DNA from: Tubiluchus corallicola | Lineage: Eukaryota; Animalia; Priapulida | Direction of reading: 5' to 3' | Assembly (NCBI GenBank): GCA_030141605.1 | Contig: JAQGDQ010000678.1 | Coordinates: 50,316-114,315 of the forward strand | DNA: 64,000 nt | In this document: positions 12,632-25,788 of the stretch, piece by piece | Position numbering within the stretch: the stretch's first letter is position 1 | Layout: each line of letters begins with the position of its first letter | Notes under the pieces: model-generated | What the model was told of the DNA's origin: nothing | What the model saw: only the letters and a program-made list of their open reading frames with translations | The model's database searches: none | Made by a program: the position numbers and the translations under genes

Positions 12632-13029
12632 CGTACCGAAATATACCCTCTCGAGGATTCAAAAGTCTTCATAGCTTATTTAAATGCTGTCGAAAAACTA
12701 ATGCAAAGAAAATACTTTCCGAAGCCATTTGCCCGTGACCTTGAAGTTATTCCATTTGCATCCATTAAACAGCCGTTCGGGTAGATTTCGTCGAGCAAAC
12801 CCGACGGATGACTTTTCCCCCGCTAGTTCATTCTTTGCAAGTTTGCAGTTTCCATTAGGAAAGGCCGCGATCAGGCGAGTGAGACTAATCAAAATTTACT
12901 GATAAGATCAGCCTTAAGCCTGCCTACTCAGCTCCAGTTCAATTGCTATAAAAACCTCCGAGCAACGTAAGAGATTCGTCCACCGGGCGCGAGGCTTAAG
13001 CTTGACCGATTATCAGTAAGCATACGTAC

Positions 13030-13152
13030 ACTGAACGAACAGCTTAAACTTGGCTTCAGCCGTGCCCTTCGAGTTCTCCAGTTTGATGAGGTAAATGCCG
13101 TCGTCTTGCGCGCGGCATTTCCGAATCTGCATCGTGATGGTGTTCGTGTCGT
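13030..13152 (-). CDS. unc-22: Exon: Ig C-half (DTNTITMQIRKCRAQDDGIYLIKLENSKGTAEAKFKLFVQ), phase 1-1
   Basis: gtattttcag acceptor, gtacgt donor; DxGxY and NxxG motifs. Confidence 0.92.
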
Positions 13153-14550
13153 CTGAAAATACATCCCACAATTCAGTGAAAGAATCTGTCATAATAACAG
13201 AGACATATGACACAGAGAAATAGAGGAGTTTGCAGCCGAAATTCGACTCTCAAGTCTCCTCCTGATAACTCCAAAAAACCTGTGTTTGTATTTTTCGTTT
13301 TGTCTTCCCTACTCCTTTCATAACATACTCCTTGCAAAATATTATAACAATACGTATACAAAATTTCTCTCCATTAATACAAACTATTTTATGATTATAA
13401 TTACACTCCTGCAAAAATGAAAATATAATCACCTCTCAAAAAACTAAAACTATAATATGTAAAACCTACTCCCATGACCCTCTTTCTGCAAACTGTTTTT
13501 AGCGCTGTCCTGTTCTTACTGGCCTACCTAACTTTTCCTTTTTCACATTTATTACATATTTCTTTTCTCTCTAGTACAAACTACTTAAACTAACAAATGC
13601 CATGTGCCACTTGCTGGTCGGCCGCTGCTTTGCGATGTACTTCAGTGAAACCTAAAGACATGTGCTCGTACCTAGCATAGCCACTTTGGTTATCGCATTT
13701 CAAGGACCAATTTTTACTTTGGTTTTCAGAAACTAAACACAGAGACACGACCGCCATAAAGTTGACATGGTCACGCCAACAATAAAATTACTTCTGTTTT
13801 CCTTTAATCACACGGGAATATTCTTTTATCCCGCACTTGGTCGGGAACTTTATAATCTGTTTCTTGTACATTCATATACTTAGTTGACGCAGTCATATAA
13901 AAGCGCATTTTTAATCTAAAATGTAAAACGCAATAATTACATCGTTCCATGTTTTTCCACTGCTAAGTCTAGGCCAGGGTTGCCGTTTTGTATGATGCTG
14001 ATTGTATTGGAGGCTAAAAAGTATGGAATTTTCCACCAAATCGGTGCATTAGCAGCCGAGTAGTGTTGCCGCTTATAGCATAATTATCAGAACATGTACG
14101 TTTATGATACGAAAGAGAGTCTATACAATAATCGATAATTATACGATAATTTAGTAATGCGAAAGTAAGAAATAAAACGTGAAAAAATGTGAATTAAAAA
14201 AAATTCAAACATTACAGCTAACCGGCAAGAAAAAACAAACTTTGATTTGAACTGATTTTAAATATTCCATGATTCGGCTTTAAACATTCAAAACTTTAAA
14301 AAAAAATTTGAAATGGGTTTGAGCAAAGTAAACAAAGTCAAACTGAAATGTGCATCGATAAGCGAGAAAGAGGTGGCAAACGTTACGTGTCGTTAAAATG
14401 TTACGCGTCGTTAAAACGTTACGCGTCGTTAAAATGTTATGCGTCGTTAAAACGTTACGCGTCGTTAAAACGATACGTCGCTGAACGGGAATCATCAAGC
14501 AAAGACTAACCGTACTGCGAGCAATTTTTCCGTAAAATTCTAAAACAAAC

Positions 14551-14664
14551 CTTCGATGTAGTACACATATCTGCCACTAGGGAAGAGCTCCCTTGAACCC
14601 TTGAACCAGCGAACTTTCGGCACAGGATTGCCGCCGATTTTGACCGGAATTTCTGCAACTTCCT
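14551..14664 (-). CDS. unc-22: Exon: Ig middle (EVAEIPVKIGGNPVPKVRWFKGSRELFPSGRYVYYIE), phase 1-1
   Basis: tttttcttgcag acceptor, AAG|gtttgt donor; GNPxPxVxWFK motif. Confidence 0.92.
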
Positions 14665-14740
14665 CTGCAAGAAAAATGCACAGAGATTTACAAATTAAGA
14701 AGCCCATTAATCTGTAATCCAAGTCATGAAGCTTAATGAA

Positions 14741-15535
14741 ACACAGTAATTAAACACACCACCTGTCCTTTAACACAGTAATTAAACACACCACCTGTCC
14801 TTTAACACAGTAATTAAACACACCACCTGTCCTTTAACACAGTAATTAAACACACCACCTGTCCTTTAACACAGTAATTAAACACACCACCTGTCCTTTA
14901 ACACAGTAATTAAACACACCACCTGTCCTTTAACACAGTAATTAAACACACCACCTGTCCTTTAACACAGTAATTAAACACACCACCTGTCCTTTAACAC
15001 AGTAATTAAACACACCACCTGTCCTTTAACACAGTAATTAAACACACCACCTGTCCTTTAACACAGTAATTAAACACACCACCTGTCCTTTAACACAGTA
15101 ATTAAACACACCACCTGTCCTTTAACACAGTAATTAAACACACCACCTGTCCTTTAACACAGTAATTAAACACACCACCTGTCCTTTAACACAGTAATTA
15201 AACACACCACCTGTCCTTTAACACAGTAATTAAACACACCACCTGTCCTTTAACACAGTAATTAAACACACCACCTGTCCTTTAACACAGTAATTAAACA
15301 CACCACCTGTCCTTTAACACAGTAATTAAACACACCACCTGTCCTTTAACACAGTAATTAAACACACCACCTGTCCTTTAACACAGTAATTAAACACACC
15401 ACCTGTCCTTTAACACAGTAATTAAACACACCACCTGTCCTTTAACACAGTAATTAAACACACCACCTGTCCTTTAACACAGTAATTAAACACACTACCT
15501 GTCCTTTAACACAGTAATTAAACACACCACCTGTC
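14741..15535. repeat. Near-perfect 32-bp minisatellite, ~25 copies
   Basis: Unit acacagtaattaaacacaccacctgtccttta. Confidence 0.97.
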
Positions 15536-15591
15536 ATTGAGATTTCATTTGTTGCAATTACAAACATTCCAGACATTGGACTTTTACTAAT

Positions 15592-16635
15592 TGCTACAGA
15601 AAACAATGGCTTCGTACACACGGTGCTACAGAAAACAATGGCTTCGTACACACGGTTCTACAGAAAACAATGGCTTCGTAAACACACTGCTACGGAAAAC
15701 AATGGCTTCGCACACACGGTGATACAGAAAACAATGGCATCGTAAACTCAGTGATACAGAAAACAATGGCTTCGTAAACACGCAGCTACGGAAAACAATG
15801 GCTTCATTAACACATTGCTACAGAAAACAATGGCTTCGTACGCTCAGCGATACAGAAAACAATGGCTTCGTAAACACACAGCTACAGAAAACAGTGGCTT
15901 GGGTACACATGATGCTACAAGAAACAATGGCTTCGTAAACACGGTGCTACAGAAAACAATGGCTTCATAAACAGAATGCTACAGAAAACAATGGCTTCGT
16001 AAACACAGTGCTACAGAAAACAATGGCTTCGTAAACACAGTACTACAGAAAACAATGGCTTCGTAAACACAGCTACAGAAAACAATGGCTTCATAAACAC
16101 AGTGCTACAGAAAACAATGGCTTCGCACACACGGTGCTACAGAAAACAATGGCTTCGTACACACAGTGCTACAGAAAACAATGGCTTCGTAAACACACAC
16201 CTACAGTAAACAATGGCTTCGTAAACACACACCTACAGTAAACAATGGCTTCGTACACTCAGTGCTACAGAAAACAATGGCTTCGTAAACATGCAGCTAC
16301 AGAAAGTAATCGCTTCGTACACTCAGTGATACAGAAAACAATGGCTTCGTAAACACAGTGCTACAGAAAACAATGGCTTCGTAAACACAGTGCTACAGAA
16401 AACAATGGCTTTGTACACTCAGTGCTACAGAAAACAATGGCTTGGTAAACACACACCTACAGTAAACAATGGCTTCGCAAACACACACCTACAGTAAACA
16501 ATGGCTTCGCAAACACACACCTACAGTAAACAATGGCTTCGTAAACACAGTGCTACAGAAAACAATGGTTTCGTAAACACACAGCTACAGAAAACAATGG
16601 CTTCATCAGCACATTGTTACAGAAAACAATGACTT
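15592..16635. repeat. 32-bp minisatellite, ~32 variant copies, abutting the exon donor
   Basis: Unit gctacagaaaacaatggcttcgtaaacacagt. Confidence 0.95.
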
Positions 16636-16637
16636 AC

Positions 16638-16904
16638 TCTCCTTCGTCCACCAGTTACTTGGCTTCTCCAGGAAATAAGGAGCACACAAGTCATCTCCGC
16701 CCTTTTCCGACTTTGGCTTCAACTGCTTGTTGTAGTCCGGTTCGTCGAAGTACTTCTGTACACACTCGTGCGTTCCGACCTCCCCGATCAACCCCGCTTT
16801 CCTGCCGCCTACTGAACTGCGACGCCTGCCACCTTGTGAGGGACGCCGCTCTTCATCCGGGGCTAGCGAGGTCTTTCTGGAGTCCGGTTTGCCACCCGTG
16901 TCAT
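16638..16904 (-). CDS. unc-22: Exon: basic PKA-motif-rich linker plus Ig start (...RKTSL..RRPSQGGRRRSSV...APYFLEKPSNWWTKE), phase 1-1
   Basis: cattttgcag acceptor, gtaagt donor, 267 nt. Confidence 0.9.
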
Positions 16905-17644
16905 CTGCAAAATGGCGGAAAATAGTTACGACGGGGAAGCGCTTTGCCACAAATGAACAAATTTGCAAATTCCGTCCGAGTCCTAAGCCGCAACAGTGAC
17001 TACAAATTTACAGGTGAAAATTATTAAATGACGCACACACAGGTTCGGTAATTTAAAGTCATCATTTTCCACTAACGAAGACTACGTCACTGCCACAGGT
17101 GTATTTGACTACGCAATAATTACACTAAACAAAGCAAAGTTGCATGTACCTGTAACGCCATACTGGTTTTCAACTAAATGTATAACAAATAACTGTATAT
17201 TATTAATGCTAGTTTTAATATGATTATCGACCGAAAATGACTAAAAAATTTAATAATAAGACCATTTTCTCTATTATATTAATAATTTTTGAACCTGGTT
17301 ATAAGTTTAAGTTTAAGTTTAAAGATGAAACTAAACTAACGTAACTACTTTTTAACAACATCTCTCAAGAGAGGGCGTAATGAATCCGTACTTGATTAAG
17401 AAACTTCCACCGGTTTAAGTGATCCGTCTTAGGAGAGTTTTCGTGATAAAACAAAAGTTTCGGTCCCGCCACAACCGAGTGTGTACCCTAAGTCCCTTAC
17501 AAAAATACTTGCCGCAGATCTGATGACAACTACGTGGGGTAAACCACCCGTCAACTCCAGTCAATTGACTTAAGAGTAAGAAATTAGCTAATTAATTTTA
17601 ACTGTGACACCTTAATGGCTCATAGACTGAACATTGCTCTATTA

Positions 17645-18128
17645 CAGGGGTGTGCAAATTATCTGACTAGCCGGGCCACATTAAACTTTCCCGCAATTCC
17701 TGCAGGAGACAGGCAGTTTGATCAAGGAGCCAAGTACAGAAAGGCCTGATAACGATTTTTTTTTGCATCCGACCTGCGTACATCATTAGTACTACACTCA
17801 AGAAACTATTTTAGAAGTTATTAAAATTTATATTACAAACCATATATTTCTACTTTCAGGACAGATAGTGGTAATTTCATTACAATGCATATTAGTAATG
17901 TGTATCACACAGTCTGTGTAGTACAGTGACATTAAGCTACAACCGTCTTGTAAGGGTTAATGGCATCCGATCTAGTAGAAAAAACTACCCGCACTATCTT
18001 TGGGATCGTGGCCCGGACTTCAGCCGGATACGCTCAATTAATCGCCCGGGCCGCACTTTCTTTAGGTTGACAAATCTCTTCGGGGGCCGCACAAACTCTC
18101 CCGGCGGGCCGCAATTTGCACACCCCTG
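17645..18128. mobile_element. hAT-like MITE, family A copy 1
   Basis: TIR CAGGGGTGTGCAAATT...AATTTGCACACCCCTG; 8-bp TSD ctctatta/ttctatta. Confidence 0.9.
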
Positions 18129-18497
18129 TTCTATTATCAGAAGAAGCCAATTTCGGTAAACGTAAAAAGCTGTTATGCATTGTACAGAAGTAGTTTCCAA
18201 GTGTCAAAAAAGACATTAGATGATGACTGGATGGCTTCTCTAAAAACGTGTTTCTTCTATAAAATGATTAAAACAGTCCCAGCAGGGCGTTGAAACAGAC
18301 AAAATTAAGAAACACCCACTTCCTTGCCAATAATGATGCTACCGTTCCTGTTTTTAAGCAAAAAAAATAGTTTCTGCTGAGCACATACTCAGAGCCGGCC
18401 TTAAGCATAGGCAAACTAGGCAACCGCCTAGGGCCTCACCCTCCAGGGGGGGCCTCACGCCGAGGTAACATGTTTTTTGCTTTATGCGAACATACTG

Positions 18498-18543
<46 letters not shown>

Positions 18544-19489
18544 NNNNNNNNNNNNNNNNNNNNNNNNNNNNNNNNNNNNNNNNNNNNNNNNNNNNNNNNN
18601 NNNNNNNNNNNNNNNNNNNNNNNNNNNNNNNNNNNNNNNNNNNNNNNNNNNNNNNNNNNNNNNNNNNNNNNNNNNNNNNNNNNNNNNNNNNNNNNNNNNN
18701 NNNNNNNNNNNNNNNNNNNNNNNNNNNNNNNNNNNNNNNNNNNNNNNNNNNNNNNNNNNNNNNNNNNNNNNNNNNNNNNNNNNNNNNNNNNNNNNNNNNN
18801 NNNNNNNNNNNNNNNNNNNNNNNNNNNNNNNNNNNNNNNNNNNNNNNNNNNNNNNNNNNNNNNNNNNNNNNNNNNNNNNNNNNNNNNNNNNNNNNNNNNN
18901 NNNNNNNNNNNNNNNNNNNNNNNNNNNNNNNNNNNNNNNNNNNNNNNNNNNNNNNNNNNNNNNNNNNNNNNNNNNNNNNNNNNNNNNNNNNNNNNNNNNN
19001 NNNNNNNNNNNNNNNNNNNNNNNNNNNNNNNNNNNNNNNNNNNNNNNNNNNNNNNNNNNNNNNNNNNNNNNNNNNNNNNNNNNNNNNNNNNNNNNNNNNN
19101 NNNNNNNNNNNNNNNNNNNNNNNNNNNNNNNNNNNNNNNNNNNNNNNNNNNNNNNNNNNNNNNNNNNNNNNNNNNNNNNNNNNNNNNNNNNNNNNNNNNN
19201 NNNNNNNNNNNNNNNNNNNNNNNNNNNNNNNNNNNNNNNNNNNNNNNNNNNNNNNNNNNNNNNNNNNNNNNNNNNNNNNNNNNNNNNNNNNNNNNNNNNN
19301 NNNNNNNNNNNNNNNNNNNNNNNNNNNNNNNNNNNNNNNNNNNNNNNNNNNNNNNNNNNNNNNNNNNNNNNNNNNNNNNNNNNNNNNNNNNNNNNNNNNN
19401 NNNNNNNNNNNNNNNNNNNNNNNNNNNNNNNNNNNNNNNNNNNNNNNNNNNNNNNNNNNNNNNNNNNNNNNNNNNNNNNNNNNNNNNNN
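18544..19489. other. Assembly gap (N run) preceded by (CT)n and an hAT-like left end at ~18390
   Basis: Run of n bases. Confidence 1.
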
Positions 19490-19715
19490 CAAATTAACAA
19501 CAAAAAATGTTGCGAGGAAAAAAAACAGACCGCACAACGTTGCATATCATCCTTAGAACGCGTCCCGTTACGGAACACGTTCAGACATAACAGTAACGAC
19601 GGCGGCAACATTAAATGAAGTGAATAAAATTTACGACCGGCAACCGGTTATCATGAAAAATGCACGACGACGGCAGAAACGTTGACGGCAACGGTCAGTG
19701 GCATGCAACACTTAC

Positions 19716-19739
19716 CCGGCTTGAGAGTCGAGTCCGCAG
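19716..19739 (-). CDS. unc-22: Candidate 24-nt microexon ((A)ADSTLKP), phase 1-1
   Basis: taatgtag acceptor, G|gtaagt donor followed by TGCATG; phase matches the flanking exons. Confidence 0.65.
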
Positions 19740-19849
19740 CTACATTAATTAAATAATTTTTTATCATTTTTAGGATTAATAAGATTTTTAGATGTTTAAG
19801 CTAATTTGGACAAAACATACGCCGACATAACACATGACAATTTTGAGCA

Positions 19850-20800
19850 ACATAAAACACATTGAACAACATACATACAACATACATACAAACACATACA
19901 ACCTGTTGCTTCCACATTCGCAAAATATCTGCAGAACTTAACTATTAACAAATTCCTAATCACACAAAACATAACAATTCGAAATTCACAATTACACAAA
20001 ACATACAATAACATAACCTGCAATTCCCAATTACGCAAAACATACACAGAACATAAAAATTCCCAATTCCCTGGTCTGCAAAACATACACAGAACATAAC
20101 AATCCGCAATTCCCAGTTACGTGAAAAGTTTGCAGAATGTAATAGCCTCAATTCACAGTTACACAAAACATATAAAAAACATAAAAACTCGTAATACTGA
20201 ACTAGGCAAAACATGCAGCACAGAACATAAAAATCCATAATTTTCGGTTATGCCGAACATACCCAAAACAGAAAAAGCTGCATTCCCAGCTACCTGCAAT
20301 TTCCACTCACGCAAAACATACAAAGAACACAAAAACTCGTAATACTCAACAATGGTAAACATACAAACAACATAAAAACTCGTAATACTCAACAATGCAA
20401 AACATACAAAGAACATAAAAATCCGTAATACTCAACAATGCAAAACATACAAACAACATAAAAACTCGTAATACTCAACAATGCAAAACATACAAAGAAC
20501 ATAAAAATCCGTAATACTCAACAATGCAAAACATACAAAGAACATAAAAATTCGTAATACTCAACAATGCAAAACATACAAACATACAAACAACATGAAA
20601 ACTCGTAATACTCAACAATGCAAAACATACAAACAACATGAAAACTCGTAATACTCAACAATGCAAAACATATAAACATACAAACAACATGAAAACTCGT
20701 AATACTCAACAATGCAAAACATACAAACAACACGAAAACTCGTAATACTCAACAATGCAAAATATACAAAAAACATAAAAATCTGTAATTCTCATCTATG
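19850..20800. repeat. Degenerate ~43-bp A/C-rich tandem repeat
   Basis: aactcgtaatactcaacaatgcaaaacatacaaacaacat recurs; more decayed towards the left. Confidence 0.8.
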
Positions 20801-21010
20801 CAGAATATACCCAAAATATAAAACCGGCATTCCCAGCTACCTGTGCTTAACATCACAGAAGGCAAACCATCTCTACGACTTTTGAAGCCGTAAATATGAA
20901 ACCACTAAGCAGCTGATAGACGAATAAGTGGCTTCGAATCACTTGCAGCAGATTTATGAAACCCTTAAGAAAAACACCTGGCTGCTGTTATTAAGCAAAC
21001 AAACGTTTAC

Positions 21011-21095
21011 CTGTAACTTCGATAGTTGGCGCAACTGGACGTTGCGGTTTCTGTTTACGTTTTGGGCCCTCCTCTTCGTAATCTCCGCCGTCAAC
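21011..21095 (-). CDS. unc-22: Exon VDGGDYEEEGPKRKQKPQRPVAPTIEVT, phase 0-1
   Basis: tttttgttcactgcag acceptor, CAG|gtaaac donor, 85 nt. Confidence 0.85.
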
Positions 21096-21171
21096 CTGCA
21101 GTGAACAAAAAGCGTAAATGATAATCGTTTTAGTTAAAGGTCGTAAAGGTCACGCAGAAAAACGTCATAAG

Positions 21172-21321
21172 CAGGGATGAGAATGACAAATTGCAAAAAA
21201 CTCTGAAACAGGCCGGGGGTTTTAAACATTTTCTCAACGAATTTATGCGATTTACAAAAATGGCACTACTAGTCTTCCAAAAACTCGGAATTTCGCGTAT
21301 CCGCGGAAAATTCTCATCCTG
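21172..21321. mobile_element. Family D internal-deletion derivative (150 bp)
   Basis: Same termini, flanked by cataag on both sides. Confidence 0.85.
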
Positions 21322-21759
21322 CATAAGGTTAGTTATTAGTCTTTGGATTCGCGCACGTACCTGGCTTCAAAACCAATATCTGACAGCCGTCTTTTGCACA
21401 CGCTTCAAAAGTAAATCGACTACATAGGAAGAACTAGTTTTGCTGCTACTCCAACAGAGTTAAGTGTTAATGATATTATAACAAAACGTTGTGTTCAACC
21501 GTGAAATAATAGATGTCAGAAAGTGTAAGTTTTTATTCTAATTTTAAATGTCTAAATTGTTTGAACTTTTGGTAAAACATCTATAATAACTTTATAATAT
21601 TTGTAGCAAAATGTGATTATCCAGTTTATTTAAAGATCCGAATAAAGCCTTGATTGTAGCAAAAATCTGACACTAATAAAACGCACAACTGCACTGCCTT
21701 ATACGAAGCTTTGAGACTTTGTTTTATTCAAAAATATTAATGTAAAATATTTGTTGTGG

Positions 21760-22272
21760 TATTTCCGCTGTTTCGCAGGGTTTTGCGGTACTCCATCTAA
21801 AGTATTTTTGCACATGCGTAGTACGTATTGTACAGTAATGTATAGATTTGATGAATTTTGCATAAAAAAACACAAAATGTATAAAAATATATTAAAAACA
21901 TTAATTCTAACATTAAAAGAATATTATAAATCATAAAAAAATACCATTTACAGTAAATAGTGTATTTATTCGGCGGATGAATACACACCAAAAACGAAAT
22001 GTAGTACTTGCGCCCGCTTGTACACAACACACGATTGGTTGATTGTGAACATTTTTATGAACATTTAAGTAAAGTTTTTTAAAAGGTACATGTACAGTAT
22101 GGGAAAAGTTATTAAGGGAATGGGAAAGGGTTATGTATAAGAGTGTGGGGAGGGTTTATAAAGACTTAAAATAATGTATAACTATTAAAATAAGTATAGC
22201 GTCCCTACTTTGCGGAAATTAACTTATAGCGGCGGGTGGGCCTGAACACCCACGATAAGTGAGGGAACACTG
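21760..22272. mobile_element. Tigger-like DNA transposon remnant (right end)
   Basis: Ends ...CGATAAGTGAGGGAACACTG|ta; left end not found. Confidence 0.45.
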
Positions 22273-22380
22273 TACATAAAGACCTTAAACAATCCATATG
22301 TAACTTCTAAAACTAGCAAAACACTTAATAAACAAATGACAGCTTTACTTTCACCCGTTTTCTGAGCGTGGCCTACCTAC

Positions 22381-22485
22381 CTGTATAACCGGAGTTATTG
22401 ACGGCCTCTTCGTTTCGCCGCTGACGTCGTCCTCCGGTACGGGCACTTCAACGCCGGCTGGTGCTTTCTTCTTCTTTTTCGTAAC
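22381..22485 (-). CDS. unc-22: Exon VTKKKKKAPAGVEVPVPEDDVSGETKRPSITPVIQ, phase 0-0
   Basis: gtttcgcag acceptor, CAG|gtaggt donor, 105 nt. Confidence 0.85.
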
Positions 22486-23489
22486 CTGCGAAACCACGAA
22501 CGGAGTTAAGTCGCGAGAAAGCGAAACGAAACGATCGTGAGAGATGGACAGATGGCTACCGGACAAACGCAAGACGCCAGTGAGATGAAACGAACAATTA
22601 CATCGTCTAACGACGAAAACGGCAAAATAAAAAATACACAGAAACATCCGTAACCAGCTAAAACTGCCAGAGCAGAAAACAACCTTTACAAGCAAAATGT
22701 GACTCGTCTAAACTTGACGCAAACCATCAAGCAAATTCAAACTATTAGTGAACACAGAATAACAAAATTGACAACTTCACACCAGAAGAGATAGAATAGA
22801 TAAGATAGTCAAAAGAAAAAAGAAAAAAAATCCACTCATGTCTCGGTTTGCTGGACAAAAACGGGGAGACGTTGGTCCAAATTTTCCGACACTAAACTAA
22901 TACAGTAGGTGCCGTGTATTAGACTCACGGTGATGTAGAATCAATCAACTAATTATCTCAAAAATGTCTAGTACGGGCCACTCCTGACATATTAGACTCA
23001 CAGTAATGTAGAATTAATTGTCTAATTATCTCAAAAACTTCTAGTACGGGCCACTCCTGACATATTAGACTCATGGTAATGTAGAATTAATCGTCTAATT
23101 GTCTCAAAAATGTCTACTACAGGCCACTCCTATGCAAAAGTATGTAAAAACTGTCGGTAATTGACTCAAATAACTCTGCATAATTGACTCTTAAACAGGC
23201 TGATTAAACATTTAAATACGCCAGTGACATACAAGTGACATACGTGTTGTTACACGTTACTTGAATGTGAACAAAGTGACCGCTCATCAACCAGCGGTCA
23301 GCTAGCATTGCAACGGACTGTGTCCATAGTACGCGTGACTACTAATGATCCAGATTCTGTCCGATTTTTCCGATATCCGTAAAAACGAGGTCCGACAAAC
23401 CGAGATACGAGTGTAATTAACCAGCACAAGTCCAAAAAAGCCAAATACTAATTTAAAAAAAAACAGAAAATGCATCACAAAAGCCTTTT

Positions 23490-23745
23490 GCATTTTAAAG
23501 GCATTCTTTTAAAAACATTGTTTTAAAGGCATTGTCTTAACGGCATTGTTTTGAAGGCATTGCTTTAACGGCATTGTTTTGAAGGCATTGTTTTAAAGGC
23601 ATTGTTTTAAAGGCATTCTTTTAAAGGCATTGTTTTAAAGACACTCTTTAAAAGGCATTGTTCTAAAGGCATTGTGTTAAAGGAATTTTTAAAGGCATTG
23701 TTTTAAAGGCAATGTTTAACAGCATTGTTTTAAAGGCATTCTTTT
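23490..23745. repeat. 14-bp tandem repeat
   Basis: Unit ggcattgttttaaa. Confidence 0.9.
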
Positions 23746-24055
23746 AGTTAAAAACTAAGCTAAGAAAATGAAGAAAAAAGACTGAATTGAACTCTAATCT
23801 TGGCATGTAAAGAAAACAACAAACGCAAACTGCAAGCCAAATCAACACTTAAGCCTCAACCGAATCGAAACAGAGAAGTGAGAAGATTGCATCTAAACCG
23901 GTTAAAAAACATCAACGCTTAAAAACTCACAAACCGTTTAAGAAAAGAAAACAAAAGATTAGTAAATTAACTAACGGCAATTCAACCTGCAAGCAAAATC
24001 AATTGCCTTTTCCACACCCACGAGATTACAGAGCAGCTTTCCAAATGACGACTTT

Positions 24056-25161
24056 AAAGGTCATGTATTTTAATACCTTGGTAACCGTCATAGCTGACTG
24101 GAAACACCCGCACGTGAAAGGCCATGTATTTTAATACCTTGGTAACCATCATAGCTGAGTGGAAACACCTGCACGTGAAAGGTCATGTATTTTAATACCT
24201 TAGTAACCGTCATAGCTGACTGGAAACACCCGCACGTGAAAGGTCATGTATTTTAATACCTTGGTAACCGTCATAGCTGACTGGAAACACCCGCACATGA
24301 AAGGTCATGTATTTTAATATCTTAGTAACCGTCATAGCTGACTAGAAACATCCGTACGTGAAAGGTCATGTATTCTAATACCTTGGTAACCGTCATAGCT
24401 GACTAGAAACACCTGCACCTGAAAGGTCATGTATTTTAATACCTTGGTAACCATCATAGCTGACTGGAAACATCCGCATGTGACAGGTCATGTATTTTAA
24501 TACCTTAGTAACCGTCATAGCTGACTGGAAACACCCGCACGTGAAAGGTCATGTATTTTAATACCTTGGTAACCATCATAGCTGAGTGGAAACACCTGCA
24601 CGTGAAAGGTCATGTATTTTAATACCTTGGTAACCGTCATAGGCTCATAGCTGACTGGAAACACCTGCACGTGAAAGGTCATGTATTTTAATACCTTAGT
24701 AAGTGTCATAGCTGACTGGAAACACCTGCACGTGAAAGGTCATGTATTTTAATACCTTAGTAACCGTCATAGCTGACTAAAAACACCCGTACGTGAAAGG
24801 TCATGTATTCTAATACCTTGGTAACCGTCATAGCTGACTAGAAACATCCGTACGTGAAAGGTCATGTATTTTAATACCTTGGTAACCGTCATAGCTGACT
24901 GGAAACATCCGCATGTGACAGGTCGTGTATTTTAATACCTTAGTAACCGTCATAGCTGACTGGAAACATCCGCACGTGAAAGGTCATGTATTTTAATACC
25001 TTGGTAACCATCATAGCTGACTGGAAACACCCGCACGTGAAAGGTCATGTATTTTAATACCTTGGTAACCGTCATAGCTGACTGCAACCATCCGCATGTG
25101 AAAGGTCATGTATTTTAATACCTTAGTAACCGTCATAGCTGACTGGAAACATCCGCACGTG
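24056..25161. repeat. 61-bp minisatellite, ~18 copies
   Basis: Unit aaaggtcatgtattttaataccttggtaaccgtcatagctgactggaaacacccgcacgtg. Confidence 0.95.
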
Positions 25162-25767
25162 TAAGCAGTGTTCCATTTTACCCTAACGGCATTAACTTCA
25201 TTGTTTGATGTACCCCCCCCATTTCTAATAGCACCAGAACCTTAGTTTGCGTTCCAATACATGACATCACAAATACATGACCTTATAAAGCCGCACCGAG
25301 AAAGCAATCGCACCACCGGCATACTCACCAAAACAATTCGTCCGTTACAATGCGAATCAACGTCCATTCGTCGTGCGGACAGAAGGCGTATAGAAAATAA
25401 AAATACCGCATAAGACAAATGGCACAGACAAAAGGTCAAAAGTTTGTGCAGATAATGCAATTTGATAACATTCCTCACAAAGATACGTAGTGAATCAATA
25501 CAACTACATTACGTATCAAGCCATTTCATAGTGCACAGTTTCAAAGGTCAAAGGTCAAAGGTTAACTAAACCCAGCGAGTCTTACTAAATTGCAAAGGTC
25601 ACGTGACCTTATGCACGTAACAACATGTACGTGAAACGGGTGGTTAATTTTATTATAACACTACGCGCGTGTGAGCGGTAAAACCATTTTTTGTAATGTG
25701 GCTCCATCTCTTGGAGCCAAACTGTTTCAGCAGTTGAAGGTCACACGCCCCAAGGTACCTGACTTAC

Positions 25768-25788
25768 CTGGTTGCGAGAGTTTGTTGG
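25768..25788 (-). CDS. unc-22: Candidate 21-nt microexon (PTNSRNQ)
   Basis: aatttttag acceptor and consensus CAG|gtaagt donor; frame-preserving, but short pyrimidine tract. Confidence 0.35.

Noticed and set aside
14741-16635. 32-bp arrays as CRISPR
   Set aside because: Head-to-tail repeats without unique spacers, no cas genes, and they lie in a eukaryotic intron.
18436-19618. 337-391-aa ORFs
   Set aside because: Artefacts of the N gap.
25280-25410. Pyrimidine tract plus gtgagt donor-like site on the minus strand
   Set aside because: No AG between the tract and the donor, so no canonical exon can be defined.
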